Assembly: GCA_050014655.1 (NCBI GenBank)
Contig: JBEKCX010000001.1
Span: 11,684 to 75,683 of the forward strand
Source: Terracidiphilus sp.
GTDB lineage: Bacteria; Acidobacteriota; Terriglobia; Terriglobales; Acidobacteriaceae
Length of the DNA stretch: 64,000 nt
Direction: 5' to 3'
Under the pieces are notes generated by a model. It saw only the letters and a list, made by a program, of their open reading frames with translations. It searched no databases and was not told the origin of the DNA. This document shows positions 47,068 to 57,966 of this stretch, one piece after another. Position numbers and translations under genes: made by a program. Within the stretch, counting starts at the first letter, position 1. Each line of letters opens with the position of its first letter.

Positions 47068-47763
47068 ATGAAATTCGGGGTTCTGGTCTTTCCAGGTTCC
47101 AACTGCGATCACGATACCTACCACGTGATTGCCGAAGTGGCCCATCAGCCGGTCACCTTCCTCTGGCACGATTCCGAGGATCTGCAAGGCGTGGATGCGG
47201 TGCTGGTTCCGGGCGGCTTTGCCTACGGCGACTACCTGCGCACCGGCGCCATCGCGCGCTTTTCTCCCGTCATGCAGTCGGTGCAGCGGTTTGCCGCCGG
47301 CGGAGGCCTGGTGCTGGGCATCTGCAACGGCTTCCAGATTCTGACCGAGGCCGGTTTGCTCCCCGGCGCGCTCATGCGCAACGCCGGGCTCAAGTACATC
47401 TGCAAACAGGTTCATCTTCGCGTCGAAACCGCCGATAGTCCATTCACCGGCGGGCTGGCCAAGGGCGACGTGCTGCAGATGCCCATCGGCCACATGGAAG
47501 GGAATTACTTCTGCACGCCGGATGAGTTGCATCGGCTCGAAGCCGAGGAGCGCGTCGCCTTCCGCTACGCCACGCCTGCCGGCGACATTACTCCCGAGGC
47601 CAACCCCAATGGCTCGCTGAGCAACATTGCGGGTATCCTCAACGCCGGGAGAAACGTTCTGGGGATGATGCCGCATCCCGACCGGTCGAGCGAACAACTG
47701 CTCGGGTCGGCGGACGGCTGGAAGATCTTTGCCTCCATGGTCGAGGCCTTGGCAGCGCATTGA
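47068..47763 (+). CDS. purQ: Phosphoribosylformylglycinamidine synthase glutaminase subunit PurQ
   Basis: [39 protein letters not shown]. Confidence 0.96.
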   Translation: MKFGVLVFPGSNCDHDTYHVIAEVAHQPVTFLWHDSEDLQGVDAVLVPGGFAYGDYLRTGAIARFSPVMQSVQRFAAGGGLVLGICNGFQILTEAGLLPGALMRNAGLKYICKQVHLRVETADSPFTGGLAKGDVLQMPIGHMEGNYFCTPDELHRLEAEERVAFRYATPAGDITPEANPNGSLSNIAGILNAGRNVLGMMPHPDRSSEQLLGSADGWKIFASMVEALAAH

Positions 47764-47797
47764 GCCTCTTGCCGCCGGCGCTGGAGATCGGCTGACA

Positions 47798-48661
47798 ATG
47801 ATCGACATTCATCATCATCTGATCTACGGAGTCGACGATGGTGCAGCCGATCTGGAGATGTCCCTGGCCATGGCGCGCGAGGCGGCCGCCGAGGGCGTTA
47901 CTCGCATCGTCTGTACTCCCCATGCCAGCGACGGCCATCCCTATCGGGCCGCGCTGATCGAAGAGCGTCTGGCCGAGTTGCGCAAGCTGCTGAAGGGCGT
48001 GGTCGAGCTGAGTCTTGGCTGCGACTTCCACATGAGCGCGGAGAACGTCTTCGAGGCTGTCGCCAATCCCCTGCGCTACTCCATCGACGGCAAAGGGTAC
48101 CTGCTGGTCGAGTTTCCCGGCATGACCATCGCTCCGCAGTTGAATGATGCCATCTTCCGGCTGCAGTCGGCCGGCTATACCCTGATCGTCACCCATCCGG
48201 AGCGCTATCCGGCCGTCGAGCGCCATCCGGAGCTGCTGGCTGAATGGATGCGCAAGGGTTGCCTCATCCAGGTGACCGCGAGCGCCTTGTATGGGCGCTT
48301 CGGCCCCGTGGCGCAAGCCATTGCCAATGAGCTGCTGGATCGCAACTGGATTCACTTTCTGGCCACTGACGCGCACCACCCCGAGTGGCGTCCGCCGCAC
48401 CTGAAGAAAGGGTATGACTACGTGGCCGGGCGCTCAGGCGAGGAGACGGCGCGGCGGCTCTGCGTCAGCAATCCCCAGGCCGCGGTCCAGGGCGCCCGGT
48501 GGCCCGCGCAGCCCGAGCCGCGGGGCCTGTGGGAGCGCGTGCCGCTGACGATCGATCCCCGGCGCTATGCCGCCGACTTCGAACCTCTGCCCGGCGAGAA
48601 CGGCAAGGACGGTCCCAGAACACGCACAAGAGGCTTCTGGGGGCGCCTGTGGGCGCGGTAG
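47798..48661 (+). CDS. PHP-fold tyrosine-protein phosphatase (CpsB/CapC family)
   Basis: [28 protein letters not shown]. Confidence 0.92.
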   Translation: MIDIHHHLIYGVDDGAADLEMSLAMAREAAAEGVTRIVCTPHASDGHPYRAALIEERLAELRKLLKGVVELSLGCDFHMSAENVFEAVANPLRYSIDGKGYLLVEFPGMTIAPQLNDAIFRLQSAGYTLIVTHPERYPAVERHPELLAEWMRKGCLIQVTASALYGRFGPVAQAIANELLDRNWIHFLATDAHHPEWRPPHLKKGYDYVAGRSGEETARRLCVSNPQAAVQGARWPAQPEPRGLWERVPLTIDPRRYAADFEPLPGENGKDGPRTRTRGFWGRLWAR

Positions 48662-48899
48662 AGGTCCCGGAATCTCGAACCACATCCATTCTTCTGTATC
48701 TCTGCGGCGGGCCTTCCGGACCGCCCGAGTCTATGAGATGAAAACGCACGCAAATGACGGACCCGGAGGAACAACCGGGTGTATATTGGTTTGCAGCCTG
48801 GAAAGCTGTATGGAGATCCCGGCTTAGCATGGCAGTGTCCTACCGCATGCCACGGAGTAGATTTCAGTCGATTCCGGGATGAGAAGGAGGATGTTTCCG

Positions 48900-49634
48900 A
48901 TGAAGCATGTTCCGTACATAGCCTTCTACGCGATCCTTCTGTGCTGCCCCGCACTGCGCAGCCAGTCTACCCTCACCCTCAGCGCCGATGACGTGAAGTA
49001 CCTCGACAGCTGTGGCGTCCGGCAGGACGACATCAATGTGATCTCCAACCTTTCCAGCGCCGGTCAGGGCAAAATCCTGGCTATATTGCATAGAGACGGC
49101 AGGGGATGCGACGATTTCAAGGACTTCAAAGATTCCAGGGACTTCCTAAGAAAATACACCCCGCCACCAACTGATCTTCCCGAGTCCCCGGCAGGATTCG
49201 ACAGGGATTTTCTTACTTCAACCGAATTGGCCCAGGTAGACAATGTGAACATGGGCATTCTGGCGAGCAAGGTAATCGAGAATCTAAGTCGTCAAGGTAA
49301 GGGCTTGGAGAGCTTGTTTGATGAATCTGCCCCCACTCTCAGCGCCGATGACGTGAAGTTCCTCAGTAGCTGTGGCGTCGGTCAGGACGACATCAATGTG
49401 TTCCCCAACCTTTCCAGCGCCGGCCAGGGCAAGATCCTGGCCATATTGCGTAAACACGGCAGGAAGTGCGGCGACGTTGCGTCCTTCAAAGATTCCAGGG
49501 ACTACCTGAGAAAGTACACTCCGGCTCCGAGCGAGGCTCCCAAGGCTCCAAAATCGTACGATACCGATTTCCTGACTCAAGCTGAACAGGACTATGTAAA
49601 CAAGGTGAACAAAGACATTATGGATAGGTTCTAA
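48900..49634 (+). CDS. Exported protein made of two tandem ~93-aa repeats
   Basis: AAGGAGG RBS; signal peptide; TLSADDVK.L.SCGV.QDDINV..NLSSAGQGKILAIL repeated at 360-bp spacing. Confidence 0.75.
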   Translation: MKHVPYIAFYAILLCCPALRSQSTLTLSADDVKYLDSCGVRQDDINVISNLSSAGQGKILAILHRDGRGCDDFKDFKDSRDFLRKYTPPPTDLPESPAGFDRDFLTSTELAQVDNVNMGILASKVIENLSRQGKGLESLFDESAPTLSADDVKFLSSCGVGQDDINVFPNLSSAGQGKILAILRKHGRKCGDVASFKDSRDYLRKYTPAPSEAPKAPKSYDTDFLTQAEQDYVNKVNKDIMDRF

Positions 49635-49744
49635 AGACTGGGCATGAAATACAGTTCGAATGATTGGCTTATCGCCTGATTGTCATTGTTCGGACGGCTT
49701 TGGACTTGTCTGCCGACGCAACAGACTCCTCGCTTAGGTAGCTT

Positions 49745-50479
49745 CTACAACCCCAATCCCCCATCCACAGCCAGAATCTGGCCGGTGACGAAGCTTGGGC
49801 CGGCGGCGAAGAACAGCACGGCCTGAGCCGCATCGTCCGCCGTGCCGTTGCGCTTCATGGGAGTCTTCGCGGCAAAATGCGCGACCTCGTCCTCGGAGTG
49901 GTCGTCCATCTCGATCCGGCCCGGCGCCACGCAGTTGACGCTCACCTCGGGCGCAAAGGCCTTGGCCATGGCCAGCGTGAGCATGTGCAGCGCGGCCTTG
50001 GAGGCGCAGTAGTGGGCATGATCCGCCCAGGCCTGAATCCCGCCCAGCGAGCCGATGTTCACGATCCTGCCCTGAGCGGCGCGCAGGTGCGGCAGCGCCT
50101 CCCGCGCCACCAGAAACGGCCCCCACGCATTGGTCTCGAAGACCGCATCCCAGGCGTCCAGGCTAATGCTCTCCAGCGGAGCGGAGGCAAAAACGGCGGC
50201 GTTGTTCACCACCACGTCGAGCCGCCTGAACCGGCCAGTCGCGGCGGCAATCGCCCCGCGCACCGAGGCTTCCGAGCGCACATCGCATTCCACCGCCAGG
50301 GCGCGGCGTCCCAGAGATTCGATCTCGCGTGCTGTCCGCGCAGCCTCGGCGGCGGAGCTGCGGTAGGTAATGGCCACATCCGCCCCGGCCCGCGCCAGCA
50401 CCAGGGCAATCTCCCGCCCAATGCGAAGCGCGCCGCCGGTAACCAGCGCCGATTTGCCGTTGAGGGGTTGGTTGGTCAT
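49745..50479 (-). CDS. SDR oxidoreductase (pteridine reductase-like)
   Basis: TGGALRIG, VNNAA, YCASK, VNCVAPG, VDGG. Confidence 0.9.
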   Translation of the reverse strand: MTNQPLNGKSALVTGGALRIGREIALVLARAGADVAITYRSSAAEAARTAREIESLGRRALAVECDVRSEASVRGAIAAATGRFRRLDVVVNNAAVFASAPLESISLDAWDAVFETNAWGPFLVAREALPHLRAAQGRIVNIGSLGGIQAWADHAHYCASKAALHMLTLAMAKAFAPEVSVNCVAPGRIEMDDHSEDEVAHFAAKTPMKRNGTADDAAQAVLFFAAGPSFVTGQILAVDGGLGL

Positions 50480-50510
50480 TGCCCTGCCTGCCCCGAAGGC
50501 CAAAGAAACT

Positions 50511-51080
50511 CTATTTCGACTGCGGCTGGCTCTGCTGCGCGTCCGGCGGCTTGGCTGCGTCGCCTGGTTTGTCCGTAGCTGGAGGCGGGGTTGCGGCAGG
50601 CGCCGAAGGCGCGGGTTTGGGCGCAGCCGAATCCTTGCCGCCCTCGCTCGCCTCGGGATGCGGCTTATAGATCGAGTACTGCTCGCCCGGCCGCTTCATC
50701 CTGACCTCGATGGCTATCTCAGGCTTGTCGATCTTGTAGTCGTCGCCGTAGGTCTGAAAGCCCTTGGCGATGATCTGCAGCCGCACCGTGTCGCCGATGG
50801 GCAGAACGTCGATGACGGTCTTGCCGTCCTCATTGGTCTTCAGCTCCATGGCGCCCTTGTCCTTCTCGCCCTGCATGGGATGAAAGACCACGGCGGCATT
50901 CTCAATGGGCTTGCCATTCACATCGCGCAGGACGGTCACTTCGATGCGCGCGGTGGGCGGCGCACTCTTGTACTTGCGGCCGCGCTTGGGCGCATCCTGC
51001 GCGCCGGCGGCGAGCAGCGTGGCGATAAGGCCGAATGCGGCCACGAACAGGCTGAGACGATAGCGAAAACGGCGTTGCAT
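50511..51080 (-). CDS. Exported carboxypeptidase-regulatory-like domain protein
   Basis: Signal peptide; NGKPIENAAV, KTNEDG, AKGFQT; Pro-rich tail. Confidence 0.75.
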   Translation of the reverse strand: MQRRFRYRLSLFVAAFGLIATLLAAGAQDAPKRGRKYKSAPPTARIEVTVLRDVNGKPIENAAVVFHPMQGEKDKGAMELKTNEDGKTVIDVLPIGDTVRLQIIAKGFQTYGDDYKIDKPEIAIEVRMKRPGEQYSIYKPHPEASEGGKDSAAPKPAPSAPAATPPPATDKPGDAAKPPDAQQSQPQSK

Positions 51081-51148
51081 GGGAACCATTGTAAATGGTC
51101 AACGGCGCGGCGCGGAGGCTCTCGCGGCCGGCCAATCAAACCGATCCC

Positions 51149-52612
51149 TCAGCGGGCGAGGTCCGCGCCGGCCGCGTAACCGCGTCCCAGGGCCGTTGCG
51201 AAGGACAGAAAGACCAGCGCGGCGGGCGAGTAGCCGCCGGGGTCCGGCTGGGTGAACTCGCCCGTCAGCGGGTCCATCTGCTGGCGAAACTCCGCGTGGC
51301 GCAGGATGGCCTGGCACCACTGCTGCATCAGGTGATCGAGTTCCGCCTCCTTGCCGTAGTGCGCCATCCAGCGGGGCGCGCGCAGGGCGGTCAGCGCCTG
51401 CGAGGCTCCGCCCCACGAGTTGCGCGGAATGGGGCGGACGAAGGTTGGGTCGTCCATGGCAATGCTGGAAAACGGAAACGGCGCCCAAAATGCCTTGGGA
51501 TTGTGAAGCTGGCGCTTCCAGACGGCGTGAAAGATCCCCCGGTCGCGCGCATGACCGAGATCCAGCACGTGCTCGCCCAGAACCCGGCTGATCACGTCGG
51601 AGCGCACCCGGACGAATTTGCCCTGCGCGTCCAGATCGTAGAAGGCGGCGTCTTCCGGGCAGTAGAGCTTGTCCAGAATCAACCGTCGAATGGTCTCCGC
51701 ATCGCTCTGCCAGCGGGCCGCTTCGGCGGTCTTGCCCAGCGCCTTGGCCATGGCGGCCAGCGCCACCCGGCCGCCGTAGACCGTAGCCGAAAGGTCCGGG
51801 CAGAGCCGCGGCATGGTGGCGATCTGCGGCGCCTTGCGCGCATCGGCATCGGGGCAGCGATTGGGAATGCCGGCCCAGCGCGGGCTGTTGTCGTGCCCCG
51901 TGTCGTAGGTGCAAAAGCCCTCCACCAGCCCGGTTTTGCGCGTGTCGCGGTACTGCCGCAGCCACTCGTCCCAGCGGCTGCACGCTTGGTAGGCCTTGGC
52001 CAGCAGCTCTTCGTCGCCCGTGAGTTGCGCCAGCTCCCACGCGGTGGCGGCTATCGGAACCACCATCTGAATCTGCCCAAAGCCGGTCTCCGTCATCTTG
52101 ACGCTGGCGGGAAGTTGCCCGTCGGCCCGCTGCAGATCGAAGAAGGCCATGTGGTTGTTGCGCGCGGCCTCGAGCGGCGTCGCAATCGCCTTTCCCGCAG
52201 GGACGCGCTTGGCCAGTGTGGCGTAGACGAGGCCTTCGTGCGGCCCGCACTCCTGCCAGATGCCCTGGTAGGTGCTGCCCTCGAAGAGAAGCGGGCGCGG
52301 GTAATGCGGCGTGGTGCGGATATTGCCCGCGAGCACGGCCAAAGCCGCATCCCAGGTGCTCTTTCCGGCGCGTTTCCAGGCGGCATCGTCCAAGGCGGCG
52401 TCGTTCGAATTCGCTCCGGCGGAGGGAACGGCCGCGGCGTCTGCCTGCATCGCCGTTGCCGGACTCGCTTGAGGACTGGATTGCAACAGAGCCGGCGCCC
52501 CAATCCGCGCCAGGGCTTGCAGAGGACGCGCGGCCAGCGCCGCCCCGGCTGCCTTGGCGGCGTTGGCCAGGAATTTTCTGCGTCCTTCGGTCGAACTCTG
52601 AGACTGCGCCAT
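51149..52612 (-). CDS. Tat-exported (alpha/alpha)6 glycoside hydrolase (GH63/MGH1-like)
   Basis: GRRKFL Tat motif; YQGIW.E, Q..DGQLP, DTGHDNSPRW, FYD, SWGG. Confidence 0.75.
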   Translation of the reverse strand: MAQSQSSTEGRRKFLANAAKAAGAALAARPLQALARIGAPALLQSSPQASPATAMQADAAAVPSAGANSNDAALDDAAWKRAGKSTWDAALAVLAGNIRTTPHYPRPLLFEGSTYQGIWQECGPHEGLVYATLAKRVPAGKAIATPLEAARNNHMAFFDLQRADGQLPASVKMTETGFGQIQMVVPIAATAWELAQLTGDEELLAKAYQACSRWDEWLRQYRDTRKTGLVEGFCTYDTGHDNSPRWAGIPNRCPDADARKAPQIATMPRLCPDLSATVYGGRVALAAMAKALGKTAEAARWQSDAETIRRLILDKLYCPEDAAFYDLDAQGKFVRVRSDVISRVLGEHVLDLGHARDRGIFHAVWKRQLHNPKAFWAPFPFSSIAMDDPTFVRPIPRNSWGGASQALTALRAPRWMAHYGKEAELDHLMQQWCQAILRHAEFRQQMDPLTGEFTQPDPGGYSPAALVFLSFATALGRGYAAGADLAR

Positions 52613-52702
52613 TTTGCTCCTCTGCCAGCCGAAGAATGCGAAAGAGAGGTCCGTGATGCGGCCCTCCTGCGCCTCAGTTATAACAGTTGTAAATCGAAGA
52701 TT

Positions 52703-52768
52703 CCGTAGGGAGCAGGGGGTTTCAACCCCCTGAAAGACGGGGAATTGACCTGGCCTTCAGGCACGGGC
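52703..52768. repeat. REP-like element (GTAGGGAGCAGGGG..CCCCCTGAA family)
   Basis: Hairpin cagggggt-ttca-accccctg followed by a second short hairpin; single copy in the window. Confidence 0.45.
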
Positions 52769-52920
52769 TTTTGCGCGTCTTCCAGGAATTGAGTGAAATA
52801 CAACTGTAGTAAGCGTACCAAAGGCGCCCCTCTCCTAATCCGTACGATCAGCCTTGCCGGCTCTTTATCAGAATTGTCATACTATATGAGCGTAATTCGC
52901 TCATATATCCATCGCGCCCC

Positions 52921-52949
52921 TTGACAAAATTCCCCGGCTTGCCTATCGT
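52921..52949 (+). promoter_or_regulatory. Sigma70-type promoter of groESL
   Basis: TTGACA-N17-TATCGT. Confidence 0.7.
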
Positions 52950-52998
52950 TAGCAATTGGAAGGCGGGACTGCTAGCACGCTCCAGGCAGGACTGCTGG
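52949..52998 (+). promoter_or_regulatory. Two overlapping CIRCE-like (HrcA) operators
   Basis: TTAGCAATT-N9-GACTGCTAG (52949-52975) and CTAGCACGC-N9-GACTGCTGG (52972-52998) versus consensus TTAGCACTC-N9-GAGTGCTAA. Confidence 0.7.
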
Positions 52999-53130
52999 AC
53001 CGGGTCCGCCGCTCCAATCGTTGGGGCCGCTCGCCGCGGCGAGCACCACATCCCGAAGGTTTTTTCTCAATACCATTCAAATCTCGCGGCCGGGCTCAAC
53101 CCTGCCCGCGTGTGAAGGAGAAGCGAAGCA

Positions 53131-53442
53131 ATGGCATCGACAACCGCAGCGACCACATTCACCCCGCTCCATGATCGCATCCTCGTCCGCCGTCTGGAAG
53201 AGGGCGAAACCATCCGCGGGGGGATCATCATCCCCGACAGCGCCAAGGAAAAGCCCCAGGAAGGCGAAGTGATCGCCGTCGGCAAGGGCAAGTCCAACGA
53301 CGAAGGCAAAGTCTTTCCCCTCGACGTGAAGGCGGGCGACAAGATTCTCTTCGGCAAGTACTCCGGCACCGAGATCAAGCTCGATGGCCAGGAGTTCCTC
53401 ATCATGCGCGAAGAAGAAGTTCTCGGCATCGTGAAGAAGTAG
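53131..53442 (+). CDS. groES: Co-chaperonin GroES
   Basis: [32 protein letters not shown]. Confidence 0.98.
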   Translation: MASTTAATTFTPLHDRILVRRLEEGETIRGGIIIPDSAKEKPQEGEVIAVGKGKSNDEGKVFPLDVKAGDKILFGKYSGTEIKLDGQEFLIMREEEVLGIVKK

Positions 53443-53447
53443 CTGCC

Positions 53448-55253
<1,806 letters not shown>

Positions 55254-55255
55254 GG

Positions 55256-55286
55256 CAGGGATCAGGGATCAGGGGTCAGGGATCGG
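55256..55286. repeat. CAGGGAT heptamer tandem array after groEL stop
   Basis: cagggat cagggat caggggt cagggat cgg. Confidence 0.75.
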
Positions 55287-55338
55287 TAAAAGCCTGGCCC
55301 CATCTCGGATTCTGCGGGTTGAATCACTGAATCAGTCG

Positions 55339-55371
55339 AAAAAGGCCTCCAGCTCGGGCTGGGGGCTTTTT
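55339..55371 (+). terminator. groEL terminator (copy 1 of direct repeat)
   Basis: aaaaaggcctccagc-tcgg-gctgggggcttttt. Confidence 0.8.
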
Positions 55372-55380
55372 CACATCTAC

Positions 55381-55409
55381 TTGACATTCCTAGGTATTGT
55401 AGGTATCTT
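55381..55409 (+). promoter_or_regulatory. Sigma70-type promoter of TA operon
   Basis: TTGACA-N17-TATCTT with a TAGGTAT direct repeat across the spacer and -10 element. Confidence 0.6.
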
Positions 55410-55431
55410 CCCATTTAGGGAGATTGTGCCC

Positions 55432-55947
55432 ATGATAACGGAAGAATTGGACCTGTACCTTGCCGACCGCATCTGGATCGCCATCGCGCTGCTCCACCAA
55501 CAATTCCCGCTCCGAGAAGGTTTTGCAAAAGATGAGATCCGGCAGAAGTTGCGCGAAACCGGCCTCATGAGTGGTCTGAAGCCCGGATCGGTAGCTGCTC
55601 ATCTCAAGGAGCATATGGTGGCAAATGTGCCGCCCTCTTCGACAAAATACCGGATGCTCTACGAAACACAGGACGGTATGCTCCGCCTGTTCCTTCCCGG
55701 TGACCGGGTTGACCCTGGACGTCAATCGCGAAGGCCATCAAAGCAGCAGCCAAACAGACTTGAAATCCCGGAGCAGTACTGGCCGCTGCTGGACTGGTAC
55801 GCAGACTGGTGTGAGCATTTTGTGGAACAGGCTCCCGTCACGTTCGAGGATGACCCCCTCATTCGCTTGATAGGCTCAGGCAAGCATATATGGGCCGATG
55901 AACACGCCGACGAGTATGTGGAACGGCTTCGGGAAGAACCTGCATGA
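55432..55947 (+). CDS. Putative antitoxin (171 aa) upstream of PIN toxin
   Basis: ATGA overlap with the PIN gene; acidic C-terminus DPLIRLIGSGKHIWADEHADEYVERLRE resembles VapB tails. Confidence 0.65.
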   Translation: MITEELDLYLADRIWIAIALLHQQFPLREGFAKDEIRQKLRETGLMSGLKPGSVAAHLKEHMVANVPPSSTKYRMLYETQDGMLRLFLPGDRVDPGRQSRRPSKQQPNRLEIPEQYWPLLDWYADWCEHFVEQAPVTFEDDPLIRLIGSGKHIWADEHADEYVERLREEPA

Positions 55948-56366
55948 GCCGAATCTTCTTTGACACAAATGTGTTCATCTATATGTTCGAGGGGCTGGAA
56001 CCGAACCGCACGAAAATGCTCGAAATCCGGCGACGTATGCTGGAGCGCGGAGACCGGCTCGTAACCTCCGCCATGACGCTCGGCGAACTGTTGGTGAAGC
56101 CCACGAAACTCGGGCAGGTCTCGCTGATCGAACAGTACGACCGCGCCGTACGGTCAGCGGCGCAGGTAATCAACTTCGACGCGCAAGTAGCATGGCGATT
56201 CGCCAGCTTGCGCGCCACTCACAACATCCGCAGCGCGGACGCAATTCAGTTGGCATGTGCAGCTCACGCTGGCGTCGATTTGTTCCTGACCAACGATCAG
56301 CGCCTGCATTCCTTCAATGTTCCTGGAATCGGATTCATCACACCGCTCGAAAGAGCACCGCTGTAA
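55944..56366 (+). CDS. vapC: PIN-domain (VapC-family) ribonuclease toxin
   Basis: IFFDTNVFIY, TSAMTLGELL, DAIQLACA, FLTND acidic tetrad. Confidence 0.9.
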   Translation: MSRIFFDTNVFIYMFEGLEPNRTKMLEIRRRMLERGDRLVTSAMTLGELLVKPTKLGQVSLIEQYDRAVRSAAQVINFDAQVAWRFASLRATHNIRSADAIQLACAAHAGVDLFLTNDQRLHSFNVPGIGFITPLERAPL

Positions 56367-56382
56367 GAAGAAGCACAAAGTC

Positions 56383-56415
56383 AAAAGGCCTCCAGCTCGG
56401 GCTGGGGGCCTTTTT
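56383..56415. terminator. Terminator (copy 2 of direct repeat)
   Basis: aaaaggcctccagc-tcgg-gctgggggccttttt; 27 nt identical to 55340-55366. Confidence 0.8.
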
Positions 56416-56548
56416 GCATTTGTGCGCGCCTCGATGCTCCGGGGGGTGGCGCGCTCGTTGGTTCACGGTCCTGGGGTCAACCAGGCATCAACCTTCGACC
56501 CCAACTCAAGGGGTCAGCCCGCTATTCAGATGCTGCCGGAACGCAGCT

Positions 56549-56809
56549 CTACGACACCAGCGCGATCGCGTGCGGTGCGCCGATCTCAGCCCTGCTCGGG
56601 ACCGATTGCGGGCGCAGCGGACGCAACCATCCCGCGGAAAGCCACGCGTGCGGAATGGAAAACTCCGACCAGCCGCAGTCCAGGCACACCCGGACATCGG
56701 GAGATGGCGTCAAAGGTGGATGGGCGAGGGTACGGGGGCTATTGCGATAAAGACGAATCTCGGCAGGAATCGTGGCCAGAGAACTGGATTTGCACTTTGG
56801 GCAGACCAT
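56549..56809 (-). CDS. Small zinc-ribbon protein
   Basis: MVCPKC...AEI...VCLDCGWSEF two CxxC pairs. Confidence 0.65.
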   Translation of the reverse strand: MVCPKCKSSSLATIPAEIRLYRNSPRTLAHPPLTPSPDVRVCLDCGWSEFSIPHAWLSAGWLRPLRPQSVPSRAEIGAPHAIALVS

Positions 56810-57080
56810 GGGAAATACCTCGGGTAGCAAGTAACCAAGGAAGCAGACAGATCAGGAGAAGCAAGATGCAGTACTTGAGAGGCTCATACAACCTTAATCG
56901 GATTGCGGTTCCCTTTTCAACAGGAATTGTGCAAAGAACGGACGGTCGGCCGCCATTTCCTTTCGAAATCCTAATACTTGCTTTGACCACATCAAAGCGA
57001 TTTTCATAAGAAGGAAGGATGTCGGGATTATTCCCTGCGCAGGCCGCCACATCCCGCCGCCAGCCAACTCGGGAATCACC

Positions 57081-57938
57081 TCACACATCCAGCTTGCGCA
57101 TGTACTCCGCATCCAGCCGCAGCGCCTCCAGGGTGTCCATGTCGAACTCCTCCTGCTCGATGAAGTAGTGCTTGAGGCCGGTGGCCGCGCGCAAAATCGG
57201 CCGGTAATCCACCAACCCCCGGCCCATCACCGTCGAGTGGAACTGTCCACTCGCATCCTTCACCATGTCTTTGACGTGCAGCAGCGGGAAGCGCTCCGGC
57301 GTCTTGCTCAGGTAGTCCACCGGGTTGCGCCCGGCGGCGAACACCCATCCGCAATCCATCTCGAAGACCACCAGTTTGGGGTCGGTGAGCCGCAGCAGCT
57401 CGTCATAAAACACCACCCCGCCTTCCGCGCCGAACTCCGGCCCGTGGTTGTGATAGCCGAAGGTCATGCCTGCGGCTTTCACCTTCTCGCCGACGCGGTT
57501 CAGCTCGCCCGCCACCCAGCGCCAGTCGTCCAGGTTGAGCGCGCCCTTCAGCGCCGGATCGCGGCGCACCGGCGAGGGGCAGACGATGTACTCCAGGCCA
57601 AGCTGATGCCCGTATTCGATCAGTTGTTCAAGCTGCGGCCGCAGCGCGCCCAGCCCGTGATGCGTGCTCACGCAGCGCAGCCCGGCCCGGTCCATCGCCT
57701 TGCGGAACTCCGCCGCCGAGCGGTCGTAGTAGCCGGCCGCCTCCACCTCCGTATAGCCCGCCTCGCGCAGCTTGCCGAGCGTCCCGTCAAAGTCCTTGGG
57801 CAGCAGATCGCGCACACTGTAAAGTTGCAACCCGATGGGCAGCCGAAGCGGCGCCGCTCCCAAACGATCGACCCCCCACGCCGCCGCTGCCATCGCACCT
57901 GTTGCCTTCAAGAAACTCCTCCGTGAAATAAGGCACAT
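57081..57938 (-). CDS. Tat-exported sugar phosphate isomerase/epimerase (AP endonuclease 2 TIM barrel)
   Basis: SRRSFLK; GLQLYSVR, YHNH..EF, FEMDCGW, LHVKD, IEQE. Confidence 0.9.
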   Translation of the reverse strand: MCLISRRSFLKATGAMAAAAWGVDRLGAAPLRLPIGLQLYSVRDLLPKDFDGTLGKLREAGYTEVEAAGYYDRSAAEFRKAMDRAGLRCVSTHHGLGALRPQLEQLIEYGHQLGLEYIVCPSPVRRDPALKGALNLDDWRWVAGELNRVGEKVKAAGMTFGYHNHGPEFGAEGGVVFYDELLRLTDPKLVVFEMDCGWVFAAGRNPVDYLSKTPERFPLLHVKDMVKDASGQFHSTVMGRGLVDYRPILRAATGLKHYFIEQEEFDMDTLEALRLDAEYMRKLDV

Positions 57939-57966
57939 TTGCCGGTCCTCCCTGGCAAGCCGCCGC

